Shown: positions 55,091-62,753 of the stretch, in pieces
How positions within the stretch are numbered: position 1 is the stretch's first letter
How the letters are laid out: each line of letters opens with the position of its first letter
NCBI GenBank assembly: GCA_965228735.1
Contig: OZ245838.1
Location: 7,072,001-7,136,000 of the forward strand
Reading direction: 5' to 3'
Length of the DNA: 64,000 bases
Origin: Planctomycetota bacterium
GTDB taxonomy: Bacteria > Planctomycetota > UBA1135 > UBA2386
Notes under the pieces: model-generated
The model's input: only the letters and a program-made list of their open reading frames with translations
What the model was told of the DNA's origin: nothing
The model's database searches: none
Program-made: the position numbers and the translations under genes

Positions 55091-57775
55091 CTACCCGCCG
55101 GCGCGCACCTCGAACACGATCGTCGCGGCCTTGCGGTCGAGCTCCTGCCGCGTGCCGTTGGCCTGCAGGTGCAGGAATTGACGGCCGTCGTGCCGTTCGA
55201 CGGCGCAGCGGCGCAGTCGATAGTTCATCGGTCTGCCGTCCGCCGCGTGCGCGACGACGCGCGCATCGAAGCGATCGGCCGCGATTCCGAGGGCCGTGAG
55301 GTCGATGCGCGTCAGCACGCGGTAGTCGGCGCGGCGGTCCGTGCCGAACATGTCCCAACTGCGCGGCTGCCAGCCCGCCTCGCGTTCGATCGTTACCGTC
55401 AGCCCGTCGTCGGTCCGGATCGCGCGGACCTTCTCCGCGGGGCTCTCGACCCGCGGAAACGGGCGCAGCGCCGGATCGCCGATGAGGATGCGGTTGCTGC
55501 CGCCGCCCTGCATCACGGCCTCACCGCGCTTGTGCGGTTTGCCGACCTCGGGGATGTCGAGCACGAGTTCGCCGTTCGCTGCCAGCAGCACGTCGTCGTA
55601 CGTCGACTTCATCGTCTCGCCGAGGCTCGCGCCGTGCCGCAGCGCGAAGTCGGTCTCCATCGCGACGCTCATGCCGTGGTTGGCGCCGAGCGGAACGAGC
55701 AGGCTCACGGCTCCGGCCGCGAGCCAGGAGAGCGCCAGGCTGTTCTCGGGCCGGAGCTCGTGCACGGTTGCGTTCTCGGTGCGGCCGAACGTCGAGACGA
55801 TGTCACCTTCCACGAAGACGCGTTGCACGGCGCCGGAGTGACACGTGCCGGACCACAGGATCGGCGCGTCGAGCTCGAGCTCGCGAAAGCGCGCGGCCAT
55901 GAGCCGCGGCATCTCGCCGCTCGGATCCTCGCCGACCCGGGCGGGGTCGTAGTTCCAGTGTAGCTCGGGCTTCAGGTTGCGTTCGTCGTCGAACAGCCAG
56001 ATCCCCTGCGGGTCACCGCAGCCCGTGAACTCGACGACCGCGGCCGTGCTCATCGCCGCGAGCGAGCGCGTCACGAACGCGTCGCAGTCGGGGTCCTTCG
56101 TGCCGTAGTAGTAGTGCGGGGCGACATAGCCCGCGGCGCCCACGGCCTGCGGCGGCGAGTCCGCGTAGAGCAGCGACCGTTCCATCGGGGCGACCGAAGC
56201 CTGCAGCCACGTTCCCTCGCGCTTGCCGCTCGCGTGCACGCGTTCGATGCGTTGCCACAGCCGTTCGCAGGCCGCCCCGTCCTCCGCGGTCAGGTAGCCG
56301 AACGCCACGTCGCAGAACCAATCGTCATCGAGGGCGGCGGCGAGCAGCAGGATGCGGCGGTGCAGCGGCAGATCGAGCGTGTCGGGCCGCAGCACGAACG
56401 CGACGTTCGCCGGAGCGCGGCGACGCAGCTCCCGCTGCAACGCCTCGAAGTCGCGGCCGTCCCACGACCACGAAGCGGCGCGATGGAAGCGTTGCGCGCT
56501 CGTTGCAACGCGCAAGAACCCGGCATCGGATGCTCGTCCGGGAGCGAGGTCCACCGGCACGACGAGGTAGGGCCCGGTGTCCGGCGCGCCGTTCGAGGAC
56601 TTCGCCCGCGTCGGGCGGCCGCTCTTCTCGCCGCCCGGTCGCGAAGCTTCGTCCTCGGCCTCCGCGTCCTCGCGATCCATGCGTTCGAGATAGCCGGCCG
56701 ACGCCGCGCCGACCGAGGTCATGCCCTCGTCCTCGATCACGCGCCGGAACATCGCGCGCGCCTCGTCGCGGCGGCCGACGTTCAGCAGGTGGCAGGCCAT
56801 GTAGTGCCGCACGAGGGTGGCCTCGTCGCCGTCCGGGAAGCGTTCGAGGTAGCGTTTCTCGAACGCGAAGGACTCCTCGTCGCGACCGAGGCGACCCAAC
56901 GTGCACGCCATGTAGAACAGCGCTTCGCGTTCGGCATCGGTGTCGGCCGTCGCGGTGGCGAGCGCGTTCTCGAGCAGTTCTCGGGCAGCGAGCAGATGCG
57001 CTCGATCCGCCTCGCGGAGTTGCCCCGGCAGCGTGAAGCCGACCTGTGCGAAGCGCGAGATCCCGCGGGCGACGAGATCGGCTGCGCCGTGCCTCGCTGC
57101 GCCGGGGCGCGGGGCCGGTGTCTGCGGCTGCGGTTCTTGCGCCGGCAGCGGCTGTTCACGTGACACCGCGTTGGGTTCGAGCCGCCAATGTCCGGCGCCC
57201 AGCGCCGCGGTGCCGGCGGTCGAGAGCTTGCCCTTGCCCGTGATGATCGCGAGCACGCTGCCGTCGAGCACCGCGACGTGCCAGCCGTCGTCGTCCGACG
57301 TCAACGCGAACCCCGCCGGTCCGACGGCTTCGAGCCGGATGTCGTCGCCGAGTTCGACGGTTGCGGCCGCGCGCGCCGGCACCTCGATCACGTCGCGGCC
57401 GACGATCGCGCGTTCGGCGGCGACCGTCCACCCGCGGTCCGGGCCGAGCTGCCGTTGCGTCACCGATCCGCGGGGCGCGGCGGCCGGCAGCAGGAACAGG
57501 ATGAGTGCGGCGGCGAGCGCGGCGGCGGCGAGGCTGTAGAACCGCGCCCGCGCGCCGTGGCCGGAGCCTCTGGTCGTGGCCTCGAGTCGTTTCGCGGACT
57601 CGGTCAGGAGCGCCGTGAGCGCGCGTTCGCCGCTCTCCCACGAGCGGCAGCGTTCGCAGATCGCGAGATGGGCGTGCACGTCGAGTCGCTGCCGGTCGTC
57701 GATCTCGCCTTCGATGGCGAGGAAGAGCAGCGGCCGAATCGAGTCGCAAGTCGGGTTGGTGTCGCGGTCGGTCAT
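55091..57775 (-). CDS. Zinc-binding anti-sigma factor fused to FecR-like, TPR-like and gingipain(C25)-like regions
   Basis: HAHLAICERC (HxxxCxxC) then TM; TPR-like ALFYMACTL...YLERFPDG; C-terminal FTGCGD...SGTCHSG...ILIGDPALRP; ATGA overlap with the upstream sigma gene. Confidence 0.72.
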   Translation of the reverse strand: MTDRDTNPTCDSIRPLLFLAIEGEIDDRQRLDVHAHLAICERCRSWESGERALTALLTESAKRLEATTRGSGHGARARFYSLAAAALAAALILFLLPAAAPRGSVTQRQLGPDRGWTVAAERAIVGRDVIEVPARAAATVELGDDIRLEAVGPAGFALTSDDDGWHVAVLDGSVLAIITGKGKLSTAGTAALGAGHWRLEPNAVSREQPLPAQEPQPQTPAPRPGAARHGAADLVARGISRFAQVGFTLPGQLREADRAHLLAARELLENALATATADTDAEREALFYMACTLGRLGRDEESFAFEKRYLERFPDGDEATLVRHYMACHLLNVGRRDEARAMFRRVIEDEGMTSVGAASAGYLERMDREDAEAEDEASRPGGEKSGRPTRAKSSNGAPDTGPYLVVPVDLAPGRASDAGFLRVATSAQRFHRAASWSWDGRDFEALQRELRRRAPANVAFVLRPDTLDLPLHRRILLLAAALDDDWFCDVAFGYLTAEDGAACERLWQRIERVHASGKREGTWLQASVAPMERSLLYADSPPQAVGAAGYVAPHYYYGTKDPDCDAFVTRSLAAMSTAAVVEFTGCGDPQGIWLFDDERNLKPELHWNYDPARVGEDPSGEMPRLMAARFRELELDAPILWSGTCHSGAVQRVFVEGDIVSTFGRTENATVHELRPENSLALSWLAAGAVSLLVPLGANHGMSVAMETDFALRHGASLGETMKSTYDDVLLAANGELVLDIPEVGKPHKRGEAVMQGGGSNRILIGDPALRPFPRVESPAEKVRAIRTDDGLTVTIEREAGWQPRSWDMFGTDRRADYRVLTRIDLTALGIAADRFDARVVAHAADGRPMNYRLRRCAVERHDGRQFLHLQANGTRQELDRKAATIVFEVRAGG

Positions 57776-58290
57776 GGTTTCGTTCGTCGTTCGAGTTCGG
57801 TTCGGAGCAGCTGGCGCGCGTCGTAGAGGCGGCCGCGCACCGTCGAGACCGGCACCTGGAGGCGCGCGGCGATCTCGGCGTAGCTCAGGTCGTCGCGGTA
57901 GCGCCAGCTCAGCAACTGGCGGGGCGGTGAAGGCAGCTTCTCGACGAGCTCCCAGACCCAGTGGCCCGGCACCTCGTCGACCACCTCGTCGTCGAGCGGT
58001 GCGAACCGCTGTTGACGCTGACCGCGCCGGTGATGATCGGTGACGCAGTTGCGGGCGATGCGGCCGATCCAGCGGTCGGCCAGGCGCACGTCGAGCAACT
58101 TCGCTAGCTGGTCGTAGACGCGAATCCAGATCTCCTGGATCACGTCCTCGCGCGCGTGCGGGTCGCGCAGGCGTCGCCCGACGATTCGTCGCACCGGGGC
58201 GTCGAACGCGCTCACGATCTCCCCGAACCGGGAATCGTCACCGGCCAACACGGCCTGGACGGCAGCGGGAATTGGATCGGGGCGCGCCAC
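57772..58290 (-). CDS. ECF sigma-70 factor
   Basis: AREDVIQEIWIRVY...RWIGRIARN; YAEIAARLQVPVSTVRGRLYDAR; start taken at GTG 58290. Confidence 0.9.
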   Translation of the reverse strand: MARPDPIPAAVQAVLAGDDSRFGEIVSAFDAPVRRIVGRRLRDPHAREDVIQEIWIRVYDQLAKLLDVRLADRWIGRIARNCVTDHHRRGQRQQRFAPLDDEVVDEVPGHWVWELVEKLPSPPRQLLSWRYRDDLSYAEIAARLQVPVSTVRGRLYDARQLLRTELERRTKP

Positions 58291-58297
58291 GAGGATC

Positions 58298-58324
58298 TTG
58301 ACGACGGCGAGCGCCGGGTCGTCA
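58298..58324 (-). promoter_or_regulatory. Putative ECF promoter for a leaderless sigma transcript
   Basis: Minus strand TGACG-N16-CGTCAA ending 7 nt before GTG 58290. Confidence 0.4.
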
Positions 58325-58395
58325 GAGAAATCGTATCGCCCATCCAGGGTCGGCCCGGCGAGCGAGCGCGGTGGGCGTGATAGACTGCACGCTCG

Positions 58396-58629
58396 ATGCC
58401 CGATCCCCGGATCGAACCCCAACCGACACCGCTCACGACGCAGCCGCGCAGTCGGCCGCTGCGTGCACACAGCTACAACCTGCCGCCGACCGGCCCGCTG
58501 CGCGGGCGCCACCGGCGGCACTTCGCACGCCAGGAAGGCACGGGCGTGCTCTTCCTGATGTTGATCGCGAGCGTCGGGGTCTACCTGCTCGGCGTCGGGT
58601 TCGGCTGGTGGGAGACGGTGTTCGGCTGA
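58396..58629 (+). CDS. Small membrane protein
   Basis: 77 aa with one C-terminal hydrophobic helix. Confidence 0.5.
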   Translation: MPDPRIEPQPTPLTTQPRSRPLRAHSYNLPPTGPLRGRHRRHFARQEGTGVLFLMLIASVGVYLLGVGFGWWETVFG

Positions 58630-58711
58630 GCCGCCGAGCCTCGCGTCGAGCCGGCAAACCTGCCTGGGTCGGCCCCGACACGGATGCCTCGCGCCGAGCT
58701 ATCCTGAGCTC

Positions 58712-59749
58712 ATGGTTCGCTTCGCCGCTGCCGCTCTCGCTCTCTTGGCCGGGGTCCTCTCGGCCCAGACCCTCGTCGGCATCAAGACGGTGGGCAGCAT
58801 GTTCCGGCTGGAGCGCGGCACCGGCACCGCCTACCGGGCGGGCACGGTGGTTGGCCTCGGCAACGCGATCGTGCAGGAGCTGGCATACGACTCCGCGACC
58901 CGAACGGCGTGGCTGACGACATCGACCGATCAGCTGTGGACCGTCGACCTCGCGACGGGCGCGGCGACGCTCGTCGGAACGTACGCGCCGGGCGGGATGA
59001 ACGGTCTCGACTGGGACGGTTCGCGAGGGCTGCTCTACGGCGTGGCCGCGGACAACCGCCTCTACACGATCGACCCGGCGACGGCGGCGACGACGTCGGT
59101 CGGTCCGACGGGTCTGAGCGGCACCGTCAACATCGCATACGACTCGACGCGGGACGAACTGCTCGCGGTCGACAGCAGCACGATCAGTCTCCATCGACTC
59201 GATCGCGCACTCGGTCTGGCGAGCACGATCTCCGCATTCAACGGTCCGGGGAGCCCCGGCAGCCTCGCCTACGGCGCCGCGGCGGACACCCTGTATCTCG
59301 CCGACGGCCTGACGCGCAATCTGTATCGCGTCGACCCGGCGACCGGGTTGGCGAGCCTGATCGGACCCTATGGCGGCCTCGTGGTGTCGGCCACCGCCGT
59401 GCTGCCCGCCGCCGACTCGACGCGACGACCGCACGGCTGCGGCGTGACGCTGCGCGTGGACGGGTTGCCGTTGCTCGGCGGCAGCCTCGCGGCGGAAGTG
59501 CCCAACCCCGCGTACCCGACCTTCATCGGACTCGGTCTCCGCTCACTCACGATCCCGTTCTGCGCCTGCACGCTCGGGCACGGCTGGATCGCGAGCCGAC
59601 TCGGTGACAGCGCGACGCTGCCGATCCCGAGCACCGCGACGTTCCGCGGCGTGCAGGTCGCGTTCCAGGCCGGTCAGGTGCTGACACCCTTCGGGTGCAC
59701 GGTGCCGCAGGTGGCCTTCAGCGACACGTTCGTCTTCGTGATCGACTAG
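58712..59749 (+). CDS. Secreted beta-propeller protein with the shared terminal domain
   Basis: Repeated LA.D....LY.....L..ID.ATG.A..VG blades; C-terminal GLPLLGG...IPSTATFRGVQVAFQ...FSD. Confidence 0.82.
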   Translation: MVRFAAAALALLAGVLSAQTLVGIKTVGSMFRLERGTGTAYRAGTVVGLGNAIVQELAYDSATRTAWLTTSTDQLWTVDLATGAATLVGTYAPGGMNGLDWDGSRGLLYGVAADNRLYTIDPATAATTSVGPTGLSGTVNIAYDSTRDELLAVDSSTISLHRLDRALGLASTISAFNGPGSPGSLAYGAAADTLYLADGLTRNLYRVDPATGLASLIGPYGGLVVSATAVLPAADSTRRPHGCGVTLRVDGLPLLGGSLAAEVPNPAYPTFIGLGLRSLTIPFCACTLGHGWIASRLGDSATLPIPSTATFRGVQVAFQAGQVLTPFGCTVPQVAFSDTFVFVID

Positions 59750-60813
59750 CGGCACGAGGCTCGCAGGATCGCGCGCGCGGTCTCGGAGTGCGTCGCGAAC
59801 AGGAAGTGGTCCGCGTCCAGCGCGTGGAGGTTCACCTCGGCGCCCGCCCCCCGCAATAGCTTCGCCACGGCTCGCACTCGTTCGATCGGGATGCGTCGAT
59901 CCCTCGTGCCGGTGAGCAACACGATCGCCGCGCCGCGCATCTTGGACGGGTCGAACTTCTCGAGCGGCACGCCCGAGATCGCGATGCACGTGCGGAAGCG
60001 CGTCGGGTTCGCGGCGTAGTGTTCGAGCGCGCCGATGGCGCCAGCGGAGAGCCCGCCGATCACGGTGTGCCCCGGACGAATCGGGAAGTTCGCGAGAACG
60101 TGCCGGTGGACCGACTCGATGCGTTCGGTCGCGGTTGGTCCGTGCCAGTCACCGAACCCGAACGTGGGCAGCGCGACGGCGATCCCGTGCTCCTCGGCCA
60201 GCTCGAGCAGGGTGACGGCATACGATTGGAAAGGGCCGCCGTTGCCGTGCAGGAACAGCAGGAGCGGGAACGGGCCGGCCCCATCGGGCAGGACGAGACG
60301 GTAGTGCGGCCGATCGACGAGCCAGGCATCGACGACGCGCGACGCCGATCGTTGGAGGACGGGTTTCCTGGACAGCTCGGTGTAGATCTGCTCGAGCGCA
60401 GCACCGTTCCGGATGGACGCGCGTTCATCCGGCGTGAGCCCGAGCGCGGCCCCGACGCGCACGAGTTCGATCTCGGGAACGAGGCCGAACCATGGCGCCG
60501 GCGGCTCCTCTCCGGTCGTGAGGACTTCGCGCACCGGGGCGGCAGTGGTCACGGTTTCGGGCCACGGCAGCACCATCGCCGCGGCGCCGGCCGCTGTGAC
60601 GAGCGCGACCGCCACCGACGCGTATCGATGTCGTCGCGCGCTTGCCGCGATGATGCTCACGAGGCAGGCCGTGGTCAGCGCGGCGAGCCCGCCGATCGTC
60701 GGGCCGCCGAGGACCAGACACAGAACGGCGAGAGTTCCCCCGAGACTGATCATCGTGGCGGCCGCGGCCAGCCGGCCGCGGCCGGCCCAGGTCCTGACTC
60801 GGGTGGTCGGCAT
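59746..60813 (-). CDS. Membrane-anchored alpha/beta hydrolase (esterase-like)
   Basis: PLLLFLHGNGG, GLSAG nucleophile elbow, GTRDRRIP, DH; three N-terminal TM helices. Confidence 0.85.
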   Translation of the reverse strand: MPTTRVRTWAGRGRLAAAATMISLGGTLAVLCLVLGGPTIGGLAALTTACLVSIIAASARRHRYASVAVALVTAAGAAAMVLPWPETVTTAAPVREVLTTGEEPPAPWFGLVPEIELVRVGAALGLTPDERASIRNGAALEQIYTELSRKPVLQRSASRVVDAWLVDRPHYRLVLPDGAGPFPLLLFLHGNGGPFQSYAVTLLELAEEHGIAVALPTFGFGDWHGPTATERIESVHRHVLANFPIRPGHTVIGGLSAGAIGALEHYAANPTRFRTCIAISGVPLEKFDPSKMRGAAIVLLTGTRDRRIPIERVRAVAKLLRGAGAEVNLHALDADHFLFATHSETARAILRASCR

Positions 60814-60932
60814 GGCGCAACGTCGAGGAACAGGATGATCGACTTGCCTCGTTCCTGCCGCAATAGGCTATGGGACCCGGCCAGCGTTCCGGTTGCGGCT
60901 CGTCCTTTCGCACGTGCGTCCTGGTATTCTCG

Positions 60933-60957
60933 GGAACCTCGGCGGCGCTCGCGACAC
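60933..60957 (+). promoter_or_regulatory. ECF-type promoter motif copy 1 (GGAACC-N14-GACAC)
   Basis: GGAACC tcggcggcgctcgc GACAC, 25 nt upstream of ATG 60983. Confidence 0.65.
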
Positions 60958-60982
60958 CACTGCTCTGGTCGTTCGAAGGGCG

Positions 60983-61558
60983 ATGCACTCTCCCGAGCCA
61001 ACCCGAACTCCGGCGTGCGCGAACTCGACGCGCCGCGTCGCCGCCGTCTTCATCGCGCTCGCGGTGGGGCCGGTCGTCGCCCTCGATCTGACGGCGGGCC
61101 TGCTCGGCGTCGCGCTGCTGGCCGGGTTCCTGCTCTTTCGCGTGACGTTCGCCGTGCGGTTGCCGTCGTGCCGCGCGACCGCGGCGCCATACCTCGTGGC
61201 CATTGCGTGGCAGGTCGCGCACTTCCTCGAGGAACTCACGCAGGGGTTCGCAGAGCTCTTCCCGCGGCAGTTTGGCTGCCCGGCGTGGGCCGAATCGAGG
61301 TTCGTGACGTTCAACGTCGTCTACTACGCGATCTTCGGGCTCGCGCTGGCGGGCTTCCTCGTGCGGCGAGCGTCGCTCGCGGCGCCGGCGTGTGCGTTCG
61401 TCACCGCGACGCTGGTCGGTGGGCCGGCCCACACCGTGATGGCGCTGCGGGCCGGGGGCTACTTCCCCGGACTCATCACGAGCTGGGTCGGCAGCGGGTT
61501 GGCGGTGTGGCTGATCCGGCGTTGGCGCCGTCTCGCCGCCGGCGAGTGCCGCCGCTGA
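60983..61558 (+). CDS. HXXEE domain membrane protein
   Basis: QVAHFLEE; multiple TM helices; H......GGYFPGLITS. Confidence 0.82.
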   Translation: MHSPEPTRTPACANSTRRVAAVFIALAVGPVVALDLTAGLLGVALLAGFLLFRVTFAVRLPSCRATAAPYLVAIAWQVAHFLEELTQGFAELFPRQFGCPAWAESRFVTFNVVYYAIFGLALAGFLVRRASLAAPACAFVTATLVGGPAHTVMALRAGGYFPGLITSWVGSGLAVWLIRRWRRLAAGECRR

Positions 61559-61560
61559 GC

Positions 61561-61977
61561 TCACTTGCCCGGGTCGGTCGAGAAGAGCACCTCGAAGCGC
61601 GCGTCGCGCAGTTGCTCAGGCGTCATGTCCGGCGGCAGCTCGACCCGGAACTCGACCGGACCGCGATCGGGCAGGTCGACGACGATGGGGCGGGGGCCGT
61701 GCTCGTCGAGTCGGAGAACGTGCATGCCGGTGTCGAGCGTCCCGGTCCCGTCGTCGACGCGGATGCGGACCGGGACGTGCAGCACGTGCTGCACTGCCAC
61801 GTAGCTCGCCCCGGCGCAGGCCGCGAGCAGCGGCGTCAGCACCCAGATCGGCCATCGCGGCGAGCTGCGAGTGGCGGAGAATCGGGCGGTCATCGCCGCA
61901 GTCCGTGGCCGTTCGAACCAGTGCCGTGCAGCGACCCTGGTCAGCAGGTCGTCGAGCTCGCGGTCCTGCAGGGTCAT
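61561..61977 (-). CDS. Putative single-TM anti-sigma factor
   Basis: ATGA-coupled to the sigma gene; MTLQDRELDDLL..., one TM, small external domain. Confidence 0.65.
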   Translation of the reverse strand: MTLQDRELDDLLTRVAARHWFERPRTAAMTARFSATRSSPRWPIWVLTPLLAACAGASYVAVQHVLHVPVRIRVDDGTGTLDTGMHVLRLDEHGPRPIVVDLPDRGPVEFRVELPPDMTPEQLRDARFEVLFSTDPGK

Positions 61978-62627
61978 CGCTCGCCTCCGCCTCCGCCTTC
62001 GCCTCTGCCTTCGTCCCGGCCGAGCGCGCGCCGCAACTTCGCGCGCGCGCGCGAGAGCCGCGACTTCGCGGTCCCCTCGGCGATGCCGAGGATGGCCGCC
62101 GCGTCCTTGAGCGGGACGCCGTCGAGGCAGTGCAACGAGACGATCGCCTGCTGCGCGACGGGCAGCGCGTCGATCGCGATGCGCGTGTGCCGGAGTTCGT
62201 CGCTCTCGTCGAACGTGTGGTCGGGGTGCTCGTGCGCGGGGAACAGCGGCGCGAGCAGTCGCCGGGCCCGGCGCTCGAGTGCACGGCGCCGCAGCAGGCG
62301 GCACACGGTGTAGGTCGCGATGCCGAGCAGCCAGGACTCGACCGGGACGTCGCCGCGATACTGCGACCGACTGCGGAACGCGCGCAGGAAGACCTCGGCC
62401 GTGATCTCCTCGGTCTCGTCGCGGTCGGCGAGGCGGCGATACACGTGCGACGCGATGCGGCGGTAGCTGCGTTCGTAGATCGCGACGAAGCCGGCGATGT
62501 CCGTAGCGTCAGTTTCGCCGCTCTCCGTCCGGGGATCCGAGGCGCCGCGTTGGCTGGCGGGGCGCGAGCTGGTCGGCCTCGGGTCTGGCCAGGGGGCGCT
62601 CGGCATCGCGGAGTCGGACATCGTCAC
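61974..62627 (-). CDS. ECF sigma-70 factor
   Basis: TEEITAEVFLRAF...SWLLGIA; LPVAQQAIVSLH...AAILGIAEGTAKSRLSRAR. Start is ATG 62630, GTG 62627 or ATG 62621. Confidence 0.9.
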   Translation of the reverse strand: MTMSDSAMPSAPWPDPRPTSSRPASQRGASDPRTESGETDATDIAGFVAIYERSYRRIASHVYRRLADRDETEEITAEVFLRAFRSRSQYRGDVPVESWLLGIATYTVCRLLRRRALERRARRLLAPLFPAHEHPDHTFDESDELRHTRIAIDALPVAQQAIVSLHCLDGVPLKDAAAILGIAEGTAKSRLSRARAKLRRALGRDEGRGEGGGGGER

Positions 62628-62633
62628 CATATG

Positions 62634-62658
62634 GTGTCACGGATCGCCGTCGGGTTCC
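62634..62658 (-). promoter_or_regulatory. ECF-type promoter motif copy 2 (GGAACC-N14-GACAC), upstream of the sigma gene
   Basis: Minus strand GGAACC cgacggcgatccgt GACAC; GTG follows 6 nt later. Confidence 0.65.
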
Positions 62659-62718
62659 GGGGGCGGGGGGATTTCCCTGCCCGGTCGAACCCGCGGGGCG
62701 CCGAGTCCGAATTGCCGT

Positions 62719-62743
62719 GGAACCTCGGGCCCTTCGGCGACAC
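62719..62743 (+). promoter_or_regulatory. ECF-type promoter motif copy 3 (GGAACC-N14-GACAC)
   Basis: GGAACC tcgggcccttcggc GACAC; GTG follows 7 nt later at 62751. Confidence 0.65.
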
Positions 62744-62753
62744 TTCACCCGTG

